Assembly: GCA_963169535.1 (NCBI GenBank)
Contig: CAUJED010000043.1
Span: 237-64,236 of the forward strand
Reading direction: 5' to 3'
Origin: Bacteroidota bacterium
GTDB lineage: Bacteria; Bacteroidota; Bacteroidia; Flavobacteriales_F; PHOS-HE28
Length of the DNA: 64,000 bases
The translations under genes and the position numbers were made by a program. Of this stretch, positions 43,657 to 53,480 are shown piece by piece. Every line of letters begins with the position of its first letter. Positions within the stretch are counted from its first letter, which is position 1. The notes beneath the pieces are model-generated. The model had not been told where the DNA came from. It saw only the letters and a list, made by a program, of their open reading frames with translations, and did not search any database.

Positions 43657-44268
43657 TTAGCCATCGCGTTTGAACACCAGATCGATGAAGTTGCGGTCCA
43701 CATGGATCTCGGAAAGCACTCCGTTCTCGTATCGGTAGGTATTCACCTTGCCTCCGGGGAGTGTGAGCTGGTAGTGGCCGGGACCAAGGTTCTTCATCGG
43801 GCAGGTGCGCATCACGCTTTCAACGAAGATGCCGCGCTGGCCCACAGGCTCATCGAAGTACATGCGCGCGGTGGTCCAGAAGACCGGCTCCGCATGGGCG
43901 AAGTGGTCATCGGGATGTACGTAGCATGTGGCCTCTTCCGCTCCGGCCATGTACCGGCTGCTGTCGCGCAGGTTTTCGTTCACGTACAACTGCGTGTAGC
44001 ACGTGCTCAAGTGTCCGTGCCGGTAGGCCGCGGCCACCGTGGTGCGCACCACCTGCTTGCCAACGAGGTTCAGCTCCGCGTAGGAGGTCATCAGGAAACT
44101 CGTGCTTTCCCCTTGAACGGTGCGCCTGGCCAGGATGCTGCCCACGATCCTGTCGCCCTTCCAAATGTCGAAACGGCTTTGTTGAGCGCACGTTCGCCCG
44201 GGGCTGATCAGTGCCGCCACCACCATTGCGGACAGGATCAAGGCGCGTAAGGCGGTGTGGCGTGCCAT
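43657..44268 (-). CDS. Hypothetical secreted protein
   Basis: Track ORF runs to 44592. ATG 44268 (MARHTALRALILSAMVVAALISPGRTCAQ) follows a TATCTTCG box at 44283-44290. Alternative ATGs at 44307 and 44301. No family recognised. Confidence 0.55.
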   Translation of the reverse strand: MARHTALRALILSAMVVAALISPGRTCAQQSRFDIWKGDRIVGSILARRTVQGESTSFLMTSYAELNLVGKQVVRTTVAAAYRHGHLSTCYTQLYVNENLRDSSRYMAGAEEATCYVHPDDHFAHAEPVFWTTARMYFDEPVGQRGIFVESVMRTCPMKNLGPGHYQLTLPGGKVNTYRYENGVLSEIHVDRNFIDLVFKRDG

Positions 44269-44517
44269 TCGGTCCGGTGTGTCGAAGATAGGATGTAGCA
44301 TGTTCATGGCCCTGGGGGTGTTGTTCCCAAGACAGATCCCTGGTGCGAAACCCCTATCGCGCGGGGCGTTGATGGGATGGACCGTTGAAGAGGGTCGGGC
44401 CACGGGCCCAAGTACGCCGGTCGGTGCTCCGGCTCTGCGGCTCAACGGACTTTTGGGATCCCGATGGTGACCGGCGTTCTTGGTGTGTAAGCCTTTTCGG
44501 CGGCATACCTTGCACGC

Positions 44518-46926
44518 ATGTCTCGTCCTGTGTTCATCAAGGCGCTGGTGGGTGCACTGGCTTGCCTCTCCGCGTTCACCGCTCCACTCCAAGCACAGAC
44601 CAATATCTCAGCCGTGGGCCATTTGTCCTACCAGCAACTGCGCGGTAGTGCCATCGCCAACCTATGGGGTTATGTCGATGAGCTGGGGAACGAGTATGCG
44701 TTGGTCGGTGTCAATGGTACCGAGGAACAGCCCGGTGGGTTGTCGGTGGTCGACCTGAGCGAACCCGCGAACCCGCATGAGATCTTCTTCCTGCCCGGAC
44801 CTGCCTCCATCTGGCGCGAGGTGAAGGTCTGGAACGATCATGTGTATGTCACCACCGAGGCCGAGCATGGGGGCCTCACCATCGTGGATCTTTCGCCACT
44901 GCCACAGAGCACCGTGCTGCCCAGTACGGTCTGGACCGACGATGGATGGGACTCTTCACATTCCCTGTTCATCGATGAGGCCGGTAGGCTTTATATCTAT
45001 GGTGCCAATGAGGGCAACGGCGGCGTGATCATGTACGACCTCGTGCCCGACCCGATGGCTCCCGTACGCGTGGGGGTGTTCGATCCCTGGTATGCGCACG
45101 ATGGTTTCGCCCGTGGTGATACCATGTATGTCGCACATATCATCAACGGTTTCTTCACCATTGTGGATGTGAGCGATCCGGCGGCCCCTGTTCTTCTGGG
45201 CCAGCAGACCACCCCCAGCAATTTCACGCACAATGTCTGGCTCGATGATGCAGGTACCCACCTGTACACCACCGACGAGCGCAACAACTCCTACGTGGCG
45301 GCATACGACATCAGCGACCCATCGGACATCCAATTCCTGGACAAGCTGCGCAGCGATGGGGGAAGTGAGGCGGTACCGCACAATACCTATTGGCTTCCGG
45401 GCGATTTCCTCGTGCAGAGCTATTATACCTACGGCGTCTCCATCTACGATTGCTCCCGACCGGACAACCTGGTGGAGGTGGGGTCATTCGACACTTCGCC
45501 GCTGTCCGGTGGCGGCTACTTCGGCGCCTGGGGTGTGTATCCGTTCCTGCCTTCGGGACGGCTTCTCGTGTCCGATATTGAACAGGGGCTCTTCATCCTG
45601 GAACCCACCTATGTGCGTGGATGCCACCTGCAGGGTACCATCACCAATGGGGCCACCGGTATTCCGGTGGCACAGGCCAGTGTACGGATCCTCACCACCG
45701 ATGCCGAGGAGACCACAGGCATTTCCGGAGCTTACGGGGTGGGCACGTTGTTGCCCGGGACCTATACGGTGACGGTGACCGCGCCCGGATACTACCCGGC
45801 CACCGTGGAAGGCGTGGTGTTGCAGACCGGCGAACTCACCTTGTTGGATGTGGTGCTCGATCCGTTGCCCACTTATTCCGTTAGCGGTGTGGTGCGTTCG
45901 GCCACCACCGGGGCTCCCGTACCCGGTGCGCAGGTGTGGTTCGTGAGCGATCAGTTCACCTTCAATACGTTGACCGACGTGGATGGGAACTTCGTGTTCC
46001 CGGCGGTGTATGATGGTGTGTACACGGTCGATATCGGCGCCTGGGGTTGGCATGGGGCTTGCCCCCCGGACCTTGTGGTGAACGGTGCGGCCGTTGCGGA
46101 TCTCTCGGTGGAGCTGGAGCCGGGCTATGCCGATGACTTCGCGCTGGACCTTGGCTGGCAGGTGAGCGCCACCGCGCCACGTGGGGTGTGGGAGCGGGGG
46201 AGACCGGCCGGTACCATTTACCAGGGCGAGATCGCCAACCCAGGAGAGGACGTGTCCGGTGATTGCAGGGATAAGGCATATGTCACCGGAAACAGTGGCG
46301 GTAGCCCCAATAGTGCCGATGTGGACGAGGGCGGAACGTTGCTCTCTAGTCCGGCATTCGATGCCACGGGCATGGCCGATCCGCATGTCCGGTTCTTCTA
46401 CTGGTTCTACAACGCCGGCGGTGTCACCCCACCGGACGATGCGCTCCGGATCTGGTTGACCGACGGAGCGGACACGGTCCTCGTTCAGGAGGTCCTCGCC
46501 GCACAAAGTGCTTCGGCCTGGCGCTTCAGTCAGATCCGTATCGCCGATCACCTCCAGCCGACCGCCACCATGCGCCTCCTGGTGTACACCGAAGACCATG
46601 AGCCCATGGGCCATCTGGTGGAGGCCGGGTTGGATCAGTTCGCGGTGGTGCCCAATGCCAGCACGGGTGTAGCGGATGAGCCTCGTGCAGAACCCTTGCT
46701 GATCTGGCCTGTGCCGGCGTCGACCTCAGTTTCCGTGAGGTTGCCGGGAGGGATGGAGGCCGACGTCCTGATCACCGATGCCCTTGGACGTACCCTGTCC
46801 ACCGGAACGCGCACCCTGGGTGGCGTGGCCGAACTGCATTTCGATCTGGCCAATGGCACCTACCTGGTACATGTGGTCACCGACGTGGGCACGCGGTTCT
46901 CCAGCAGGTTCCAGGTGATGCGCTGA
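44518..46926 (+). CDS. T9SS-secreted protein: choice-of-anchor-B / LVIVD-repeat beta-propeller plus carboxypeptidase-regulatory-like domains
   Basis: Signal peptide. GHLSYQQL...NLWGYVDELGNEYALVG...GLSVVDLSEPANPHEI...HGGLTIVDLSPLP (LVIVD-like). CHLQGTITNGATGIPVAQASVRIL and SGVVRSATTGAPVPGAQVWF (CarboxypepD_reg-like). CTD LLIWPVPAS...NGTYLVHVV...RFQVMR. Confidence 0.8.
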   Translation: MSRPVFIKALVGALACLSAFTAPLQAQTNISAVGHLSYQQLRGSAIANLWGYVDELGNEYALVGVNGTEEQPGGLSVVDLSEPANPHEIFFLPGPASIWREVKVWNDHVYVTTEAEHGGLTIVDLSPLPQSTVLPSTVWTDDGWDSSHSLFIDEAGRLYIYGANEGNGGVIMYDLVPDPMAPVRVGVFDPWYAHDGFARGDTMYVAHIINGFFTIVDVSDPAAPVLLGQQTTPSNFTHNVWLDDAGTHLYTTDERNNSYVAAYDISDPSDIQFLDKLRSDGGSEAVPHNTYWLPGDFLVQSYYTYGVSIYDCSRPDNLVEVGSFDTSPLSGGGYFGAWGVYPFLPSGRLLVSDIEQGLFILEPTYVRGCHLQGTITNGATGIPVAQASVRILTTDAEETTGISGAYGVGTLLPGTYTVTVTAPGYYPATVEGVVLQTGELTLLDVVLDPLPTYSVSGVVRSATTGAPVPGAQVWFVSDQFTFNTLTDVDGNFVFPAVYDGVYTVDIGAWGWHGACPPDLVVNGAAVADLSVELEPGYADDFALDLGWQVSATAPRGVWERGRPAGTIYQGEIANPGEDVSGDCRDKAYVTGNSGGSPNSADVDEGGTLLSSPAFDATGMADPHVRFFYWFYNAGGVTPPDDALRIWLTDGADTVLVQEVLAAQSASAWRFSQIRIADHLQPTATMRLLVYTEDHEPMGHLVEAGLDQFAVVPNASTGVADEPRAEPLLIWPVPASTSVSVRLPGGMEADVLITDALGRTLSTGTRTLGGVAELHFDLANGTYLVHVVTDVGTRFSSRFQVMR

Positions 46927-46931
46927 ACTCG

Positions 46932-47912
46932 CTACCGACGCCGATCCTTGGTGCCGCTCGTATCGCAGTTCTCCTTGATCAGCTGATCCACCTCGGGAAT
47001 GCCGCCCAAGGCTTTGGCCAACGTAAGGTCGTCACATGCCCGTGCACGTTCGCCCTTGCGCAGGCGGAGCATGGCCCGGGTGCGGAGCGCAAAGGCGTTG
47101 GAAGGATACGAGCGCAGGCTGCGTTCCACATCGCTCCATGCCTCAGCCTCTTGGCCCAGCAGCATGCGAACGTAGGCTCGATTGCTTAGCGCCACAGGTT
47201 CATCCTTGTCCATGGACAGCGCCTCCTGGATCATCTTGAGCGCTTCGTCATATCGCCCGAGCATGGTGAGTTCGTAACCCCGGTTGGTCCAGTGGCCCAC
47301 CTGGCCGGGATCGATCACACAGAGCTTCTCCAACTGGACCAGTGCATCGGCATGGCGCCCTTCCTGGTCATAGAGGCGGGCCAGGGCTTTCATCGCTTCC
47401 GTATCATCGGGCACGCCGGCCAGCCCACGTTCGAGGTCTTCGATGGCCGAAGTGGGGCGCTTGGATTCGCTGCGCACCATGCCGCGCACCATGTACGCCT
47501 GGGCTTTCAGCAAGGGTTGGGTGGCATATTCGATCGCCTTGCTGCTGTGATACTCCGCTCGCACAGGGTCTTGCGCCCGGAGGGCGTACAGCGCCCGTTG
47601 GTAGTGGCCGTTGGCCGATGTGCTGTCCTTGCGCAACGCGCCGTCCACGTCCAGCAGGAAACGGTCCATCCGGTCCATCATGTACCATGCCTTGGCCCGG
47701 GCCAGCAGGGTGTTCACGCTGGGGTCGATCCGCACGGCTTCATCATAGAAGTCCAGTGCCCGCTGGGGCTTTTCCAATTTCAGGAGCGAATCACCACGCA
47801 GGATCAGGATGCGGCTCTCTTGGCCGTGTACGTGGATGGAACCAAGCAGCGTCAGCAGGGCGATCGCCAGGAATGGTCGTGTCAATGAAGTGCGCAGTGG
47901 ATCAGGTCGCAT
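46932..47912 (-). CDS. Tetratricopeptide-repeat protein (secreted)
   Basis: ATG 47912 (track TTG 47927). Repeated TPR units (ALDFYDEAVRIDPS, YQRALYALRAQDP, ALVQLEKLCVIDPG, ALKMIQEALSMDKD, AWSDVERSLRSYPSN). Confidence 0.85.
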   Translation of the reverse strand: MRPDPLRTSLTRPFLAIALLTLLGSIHVHGQESRILILRGDSLLKLEKPQRALDFYDEAVRIDPSVNTLLARAKAWYMMDRMDRFLLDVDGALRKDSTSANGHYQRALYALRAQDPVRAEYHSSKAIEYATQPLLKAQAYMVRGMVRSESKRPTSAIEDLERGLAGVPDDTEAMKALARLYDQEGRHADALVQLEKLCVIDPGQVGHWTNRGYELTMLGRYDEALKMIQEALSMDKDEPVALSNRAYVRMLLGQEAEAWSDVERSLRSYPSNAFALRTRAMLRLRKGERARACDDLTLAKALGGIPEVDQLIKENCDTSGTKDRRR

Positions 47913-47924
47913 GTCTACGGTGTC

Positions 47925-47932
47925 CAAAAGTA
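47925..47932 (-). promoter_or_regulatory. -7 promoter box TACTTTTG for the TPR gene
   Basis: Exact TAnnTTTG on the minus strand, 13 nt upstream of ATG 47912. Confidence 0.55.
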
Positions 47933-47972
47933 ATGGCGCGGTGGAAGCCCCACAACGATGCGGCAGAATGGC

Positions 47973-48986
47973 TTACCGGGTGTGCGGTACAACATCCATG
48001 CCTGCCGTACGGTCGGCGGCCAGGAGGAAATGCCCGGCCATGGCGATCATGGCCCCGTTATCCGTGCAATAGGCCAATGGCGGTACATGGGCCTGCCAGC
48101 CTTCGCGCTCGGCCAATGCTTCGAATTGTGCACGCAAAGCGGTGTTGGCGCTGACACCTCCGCTCATGGCGATGTGTTCCACACCGATGTTGCGGGCCGT
48201 CTTCTGCACCTTGCGCAAGAGCGCGTCGACAATGGATCCTTGCAACGAGGCGCAAAGGTGGGGAAGCTCGCGTGTTACGAAGTCCGGATCGTTCGCGGTC
48301 CCACGTTGCACCACACCGTTGAATGCGGTCTTGATCCCACTGAAGCTGAAGTCCGATCCCGGGACCTGTGGCATGGGCAGGCGGAATTTGCGGGGATCGC
48401 CACCCACGGCATGTCGGTCGATCAAGGGCCCGCCGGGGTAGGGTAGGCCCAGCACCTTCGCGCCCTTATCGAACGCTTCGCCCGCCGCATCGTCCACCGT
48501 ACTGCCCAGCACCTCCATGTCCAAGTGGTCGCGCACCAAGACCAGAAGCGTGTGTCCACCGCTCACCGTGAGGTTCAGGAATGGGAATGCGGGCACCGGG
48601 CGATCGGAACCATCGCGGATGAAATGGGCCAGGATATGTGCCTGCATGTGGTCCACGCCCAACAAGGGGATCCCCAGGGCTTGGGCCATGGAGCGTGCGA
48701 AACAGGTGCCCACGAGCAGGGCTCCGATCAGTCCAGGCCCCTTGGTGAAGGCGATGGCCGAGAGCTCCCCCCGGGTGATCCCGGCTTCGCGCAGCGCCGC
48801 ATCCACCACCGGCACGATCTGCTCCTGGTGGGCGCGGCTCGCCAGCTCGGGCACCACGCCGCCCCAGCGGGCATGCACCTCCTGGCTCGCCACCACGTTG
48901 GATCGAAGCATGCCATTCTCCAGCACGGCGGCCGCCGTTTCGTCGCAGGAACTTTCAATACCGAGTACGAACACGGGTTTGGCCAT
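47973..48986 (-). CDS. tsaD: tRNA N6-adenosine threonylcarbamoyltransferase
   Basis: VLGIESSCDETAAAV, GVDHMQAHILAHF, GGVSAN motifs; 337 aa. Confidence 0.95.
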   Translation of the reverse strand: MAKPVFVLGIESSCDETAAAVLENGMLRSNVVASQEVHARWGGVVPELASRAHQEQIVPVVDAALREAGITRGELSAIAFTKGPGLIGALLVGTCFARSMAQALGIPLLGVDHMQAHILAHFIRDGSDRPVPAFPFLNLTVSGGHTLLVLVRDHLDMEVLGSTVDDAAGEAFDKGAKVLGLPYPGGPLIDRHAVGGDPRKFRLPMPQVPGSDFSFSGIKTAFNGVVQRGTANDPDFVTRELPHLCASLQGSIVDALLRKVQKTARNIGVEHIAMSGGVSANTALRAQFEALAEREGWQAHVPPLAYCTDNGAMIAMAGHFLLAADRTAGMDVVPHTR

Positions 48987-48991
48987 CGGGC

Positions 48992-48999
48992 TAAATTTG
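48992..48999 (+). promoter_or_regulatory. -7 promoter box TAAATTTG for tamB
   Basis: Exact TAnnTTTG, 30 nt upstream of the proposed GTG 49029. Confidence 0.55.
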
Positions 49000-49028
49000 G
49001 GCGCTTAGGCCCGATCCTTGCAGATCAA

Positions 49029-52000
49029 GTGGGCAAAACTAAGGTCCTCCTGGTCGCACGAGAGAAATACCGTTGGTTCCGCCGACTGCTTCGTACGGTG
49101 GGGGGTGTGGTGGCGGTGCTGGCCGTGGTGTTCGCCCTCCTTGGGCTATTGCTGCTCTGGGCACCCGTGCAGACCCGGGTGGTGGGCTGGCTCAGCGAAA
49201 AGGCCTCCGAGGAGCTGGGGGCGGACGTGCGCATCGGTCATGTTTCCATTTCCCTTCGTGGCCACCTGGTGTTCAAGGATCTCTTCCTCGCCGACCTGGA
49301 TGGCGATACGTTGATCTCCGCAGGAACCCTGCGCCTGAAGTCCCTGCGGGTGAATACGGGGAAACGGGTGGCCTCGCTGGGCCTGGTGGAGTTGGAGCAC
49401 GGCCGGTTCGCGCTTCGAACACCGCACGGCCAGGTGAAGAGCAACCTCACCTTGCTTCTGGATCGGCTCGGTCCCGGTGACTCCACCAGCACCGGGGAGG
49501 ACTGGACGTTCCGCTGCAAACGGTTCAACATCGCCGAACTACATTTCTCCTACCATGATGAGAACACCGAGCGTATCCCGTTCGGAGTGGACCTGGGGCA
49601 TGTGGACGTGAGCCATGCGCACATCGCTGGTCGCAGCCTGCAGGTGATCGGCGACTCCATCACGGCGGAGCTCCATAGGTTCCAATTGGTGGAACACGGT
49701 GGCTTGGTGGTCGATGAGCTCCGTGGGAACACCACCGTAAGTGGACAGGGTATCCACATCACCGACCTGCATCTGCGCACCCAACGCTCCTCGGCCCAGG
49801 GAACCCTCGATTTCCTCTCCCGGTCATGGGCGGATTACAACGACTTCAACAACCAGGTGGTGATCCGCGCCGACCTGGACACCGCGTTGGTGGACCTCGC
49901 GGATATCGCCCTGTTCGCGCCCCAGCTCGAGGGCATCAGCTACCCGCTCCACCTGAGCGGGCAGGTCCGAGGCACCGTGGCCGAGCTAAAGGGGCGGAAC
50001 ATGCACATCGACTTCGGCGAAGCTTCCCACTTCTCGGGCAACGGTGAGCTCAGTGGACTTCCCGATATCGCCAACACCTTCATGGTGTTCGATATCGACC
50101 AGCTGCGAACCGGCCCATCGGATCTGGCACGTATCCCGCTACCGCCCTTCACCAGTGGCCAGTACCTGGATCCACCCAGCGAGGTCGAACAGTTGGGCGA
50201 TATCGATTTCAGAGGCAACTTCACCGGGTTCCTGCGGGCATTCACCGCCTATGGCCGCACCATCACCCGTTTGGGCACCGTCAATACCGATGTCAGCTAT
50301 GAGCGCGATACGATCAGCAATATCTTCTCCATCGCTGGCCGGGTGGTGACATCGGGCTTCGACCTTGGGCCCCTTGCCGGAAGCTCCACCTTGGGGCCCA
50401 TCGCCGTTAACCTGCGCCTGAACGCCAAGGGACGTTCGTTCAACGACCTGCGTGCCGATCTGGAGGGAACCTGCCCCTTGCTGACCATCAATGGGCGCAC
50501 CATCACCGGGATCACCACCAACGGAAGGCTCGAACGGAACCTCTTCAATGGTGAGCTGACCACTACGGACGAGAACCTCAAACTCCATTTCAAAGGCCTG
50601 GCGGACCTCCGTGGACGATGGCCACAAGTGGATTTCACGGCCGAGTTGGAACACATGGACCTGCGCGCGCTCGGTTTCGTGGAGAGCCCGGGCTACAACT
50701 CCCTCAAGATGGACATCCGCGCGGCGGGTCGTTTCTCGCCCGATAGCCTGCTCGGCTCGCTGGTCGCGCGGGATATCTCGTACTGTGTTGGAGCCGAGGA
50801 TCATGAACTGGGCGATGTGATCCTGCGGAGCGGACGTGAGAGCGGTGTGAACATCGTGGAGCTGAACGCCGATTTCGCCAAGGCCAGGGTGGAAGGAGCC
50901 TTCCAGCCGACCTACCTGCCAGAACTCATCACCAATACGGTCTATAGCGTTTTCCCGGCGTTGGGCAACGAGGTGGACTATCATCAGGCCACGCAGCAAT
51001 TCGACTTCACCGTGGTCACCGGCAACGCCGAAGCGGTGTTGAAGCTTTTCGTGCCGCAACTGCGCGTTGCACCTGGCGCGGTGATCAAGGGGGGCATGGA
51101 CAGCCGAGCCTTCGATATCGGTCTGAGTGCGAACATCCCTTGGCTGACCTATGGGACCGTGCGTGTCGATTCCTTGGAATTGATCACCGAAAAGACCTTG
51201 GATGTGCTTGCCTTCTCGGCGCGCAGCACCCGGCAGGTGTACAAGGATAGCATCTGGTTCTCCTCGGGTGAGGTGCGGGGTATCGCCTATCAGGACGAGG
51301 TCGAACTCAATTGCGGATGGCTTGGGTCGAGCAATGGGACCCATGGCAACCTCGATCTCCGGGGGCAGGTGCGGGGTCTGCGTAAGATGGATCTGGAACT
51401 GCTTCCATCCACCCTCCATTTCGGAAGGGGAGACTGGATCAATCCGAAAAGCGCATACTTCGCCATCGATTCAAGCGAGATCACCATCGACTCCTTGGTC
51501 CTGCTGAACGGGGTGCAGCGCCTGGCCGTGGATGGTACCCTTTCCCGCGACCGTGCCAAGCCCATCGATTTCGCCTTGGACCACGTGGATCTGGCCAACC
51601 TCGCCCCATTGTTCCAAGGCCCTTCCATCACCGGTGCCATCAGTGGCCATGGAAAACTCTTCGATGTCTATGGAACCCCGTTCCTCTCTAGCGCGCTCGA
51701 GGCCGATAGTGTGCGGGTGGAGGATAAACCCGTAGGCAACATCCGCTTCCAGGCTGACTGGGCCGAAGGAACAGGTTCTGTGGACCTCAATGGCGAACTG
51801 ACCCGTGGACACCTGAAAGCCTTGGATTTCATCGGCCGTATGGAACCCAAGAACAACAACAAGCTCGATCTGGACCTGGTGTTCGATCAGTTCGACCTCA
51901 CCTTCATCGACCCTTATCTGCCGGAGGGGATCAGCGATATCCAAGGTCTGGTGACCGGCACGGTGGCTGTTAGCGGTACGCTGGGACATCCCTTGGTGAA

Positions 52001-53480
52001 CGGGGTGGTGGACCTGAAGGATGCAGGCCTGCGGATCGACTACCTCAACACCCTTTACCGGTTCTCCAACGAAGTGAGGATCGCCCCGGATATGTTCGCG
52101 TTGGACCTGGTCACCGTACGCGATGAATTGGGGAATACCGGAAAGGTCGGCGGCACCATTCTGCACAACGGCCTGCGCGATTGGAACTTCAACGTCTGGG
52201 GCACCGTGAGCAACCTGATGGTGCTGAACACCACCGAGAAGGACAACGCCCTCTACTATGGACAGGCCTACGCCACGGGCGACGTGGAAGTGAGCGGGAG
52301 CGCTGGTGCGTTGGAGATCACCGTGGATGCCGCCACCGCCCCCGGCACCGATATCCATTTCCCTGTGGGAGGCAGCGTGGAAGTGGCCGATGTAGGGTTC
52401 GTACGGTTCCTCTCCGCCGACTCCATGGAGAACGAGGAGCCGTTGATCGACCTCACCGGGATCACCCTGAACATCAAGGCAGCAGTGACACCCGACGCGC
52501 GCTTCGAACTGATCTTCGATCCCACCATCGGCGACATCATGGCGGGCCGTGGCCGTGGCGACCTGGAGATGTCCGTGAGCCAGACCGGCCAGTTCGCCAT
52601 GCGGGGTAGGGTGGAAGTGACCGAAGGGGATTACCTGTTCACCCTGAGGAATGTGGTGAATAAGAAGTTCGACGTGGCTCCCGGGGGGAGCATCACCTGG
52701 TATGGCGATCCGCTCGATGCCCAGCTGGATCTTCAGGCCCAGTATCGGGTGCGTGCATCGCTTTACGACATCATGTTCGAGAAGAACGATGCCTATAAGA
52801 AACGCGTGCCGGTGGATGTGGTGATGCGCCTGCGCGATAACCTGATGAACCCCGAGATCGAATTCGACGTTCGTATGCCTTCCGTGGACGATAACATCCG
52901 TACTCAGGTCCAAAGCGTGCTCAGCACCGAACAAGAGCGCAACCGCCAGGTGTTCTCGCTGATCGTCCTGAACCGGTTCGTGCAGCCACAAAGCATGGCG
53001 GGCAGCGGTTCCCCAAGCGCTGGCGGAAACGTGGTCGGCACCACCGGTAGCGAGCTGCTCAGCAACCAGGTGAGCAACTGGTTGTCCAAGCTCAGCGACG
53101 ATTTCGACCTGGGTGTGAACTATCGGCCGGGCAACAACATCACGCAGGATGAACTGGAGGTGGCCATGTCCACCCAGCTGTTCAACGAACGGCTGCTGCT
53201 GAGCACCAACGTGGGGGTGAGCTATGGGGCGCAGTCAACCTCCAACAACGGTGGCCTGATCGGCGATTTCCAGCTGGAGTACCTCTTGACGCCGGAGGGC
53301 CGCTTGAGGGCCAAGGCCTTCAGCGTGAGCAACGACCGCAACTTGAACCGTTCCGACCAAGCCCCCACCACGCAAGGGGCCGGCGTGGCCTACCGCGAAG
53401 AGTTCGCCACCTTGGAAGAGTTCTGGCAGAAGATCCTGAACAACTTCAGGTCACCGGCCAAGGACCGTAAGTTCGATTGA
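49029..53480 (+). CDS. tamB: Translocation and assembly module protein TamB-like (DUF490 C-terminus)
   Basis: Track ORF 48525..53480. Its first 168 codons are antisense to tsaD. First plausible start is GTG 49029, just before the N-terminal anchor RWFRRLLRTVGGVVAVLAVVFALLGLLLLW. Long beta-rich body. C-terminal ...FQLEYLLTPEGRLRAKAFSVSNDR is DUF490-like. Confidence 0.85.
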   Translation: MGKTKVLLVAREKYRWFRRLLRTVGGVVAVLAVVFALLGLLLLWAPVQTRVVGWLSEKASEELGADVRIGHVSISLRGHLVFKDLFLADLDGDTLISAGTLRLKSLRVNTGKRVASLGLVELEHGRFALRTPHGQVKSNLTLLLDRLGPGDSTSTGEDWTFRCKRFNIAELHFSYHDENTERIPFGVDLGHVDVSHAHIAGRSLQVIGDSITAELHRFQLVEHGGLVVDELRGNTTVSGQGIHITDLHLRTQRSSAQGTLDFLSRSWADYNDFNNQVVIRADLDTALVDLADIALFAPQLEGISYPLHLSGQVRGTVAELKGRNMHIDFGEASHFSGNGELSGLPDIANTFMVFDIDQLRTGPSDLARIPLPPFTSGQYLDPPSEVEQLGDIDFRGNFTGFLRAFTAYGRTITRLGTVNTDVSYERDTISNIFSIAGRVVTSGFDLGPLAGSSTLGPIAVNLRLNAKGRSFNDLRADLEGTCPLLTINGRTITGITTNGRLERNLFNGELTTTDENLKLHFKGLADLRGRWPQVDFTAELEHMDLRALGFVESPGYNSLKMDIRAAGRFSPDSLLGSLVARDISYCVGAEDHELGDVILRSGRESGVNIVELNADFAKARVEGAFQPTYLPELITNTVYSVFPALGNEVDYHQATQQFDFTVVTGNAEAVLKLFVPQLRVAPGAVIKGGMDSRAFDIGLSANIPWLTYGTVRVDSLELITEKTLDVLAFSARSTRQVYKDSIWFSSGEVRGIAYQDEVELNCGWLGSSNGTHGNLDLRGQVRGLRKMDLELLPSTLHFGRGDWINPKSAYFAIDSSEITIDSLVLLNGVQRLAVDGTLSRDRAKPIDFALDHVDLANLAPLFQGPSITGAISGHGKLFDVYGTPFLSSALEADSVRVEDKPVGNIRFQADWAEGTGSVDLNGELTRGHLKALDFIGRMEPKNNNKLDLDLVFDQFDLTFIDPYLPEGISDIQGLVTGTVAVSGTLGHPLVNGVVDLKDAGLRIDYLNTLYRFSNEVRIAPDMFALDLVTVRDELGNTGKVGGTILHNGLRDWNFNVWGTVSNLMVLNTTEKDNALYYGQAYATGDVEVSGSAGALEITVDAATAPGTDIHFPVGGSVEVADVGFVRFLSADSMENEEPLIDLTGITLNIKAAVTPDARFELIFDPTIGDIMAGRGRGDLEMSVSQTGQFAMRGRVEVTEGDYLFTLRNVVNKKFDVAPGGSITWYGDPLDAQLDLQAQYRVRASLYDIMFEKNDAYKKRVPVDVVMRLRDNLMNPEIEFDVRMPSVDDNIRTQVQSVLSTEQERNRQVFSLIVLNRFVQPQSMAGSGSPSAGGNVVGTTGSELLSNQVSNWLSKLSDDFDLGVNYRPGNNITQDELEVAMSTQLFNERLLLSTNVGVSYGAQSTSNNGGLIGDFQLEYLLTPEGRLRAKAFSVSNDRNLNRSDQAPTTQGAGVAYREEFATLEEFWQKILNNFRSPAKDRKFD
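49034..49041 (-). promoter_or_regulatory. -7 promoter box TAGTTTTG for tsaD
   Basis: Exact TAnnTTTG on the minus strand, 48 nt upstream of ATG 48986. Lies inside the first codons of tamB. Confidence 0.5.

Noticed and set aside
48525-49028. 168-codon N-terminal extension of tamB in the ORF track
   Set aside because: It is antisense to tsaD, has no homology-like features, and lies upstream of the predicted tamB promoter box. The start was moved to GTG 49029.
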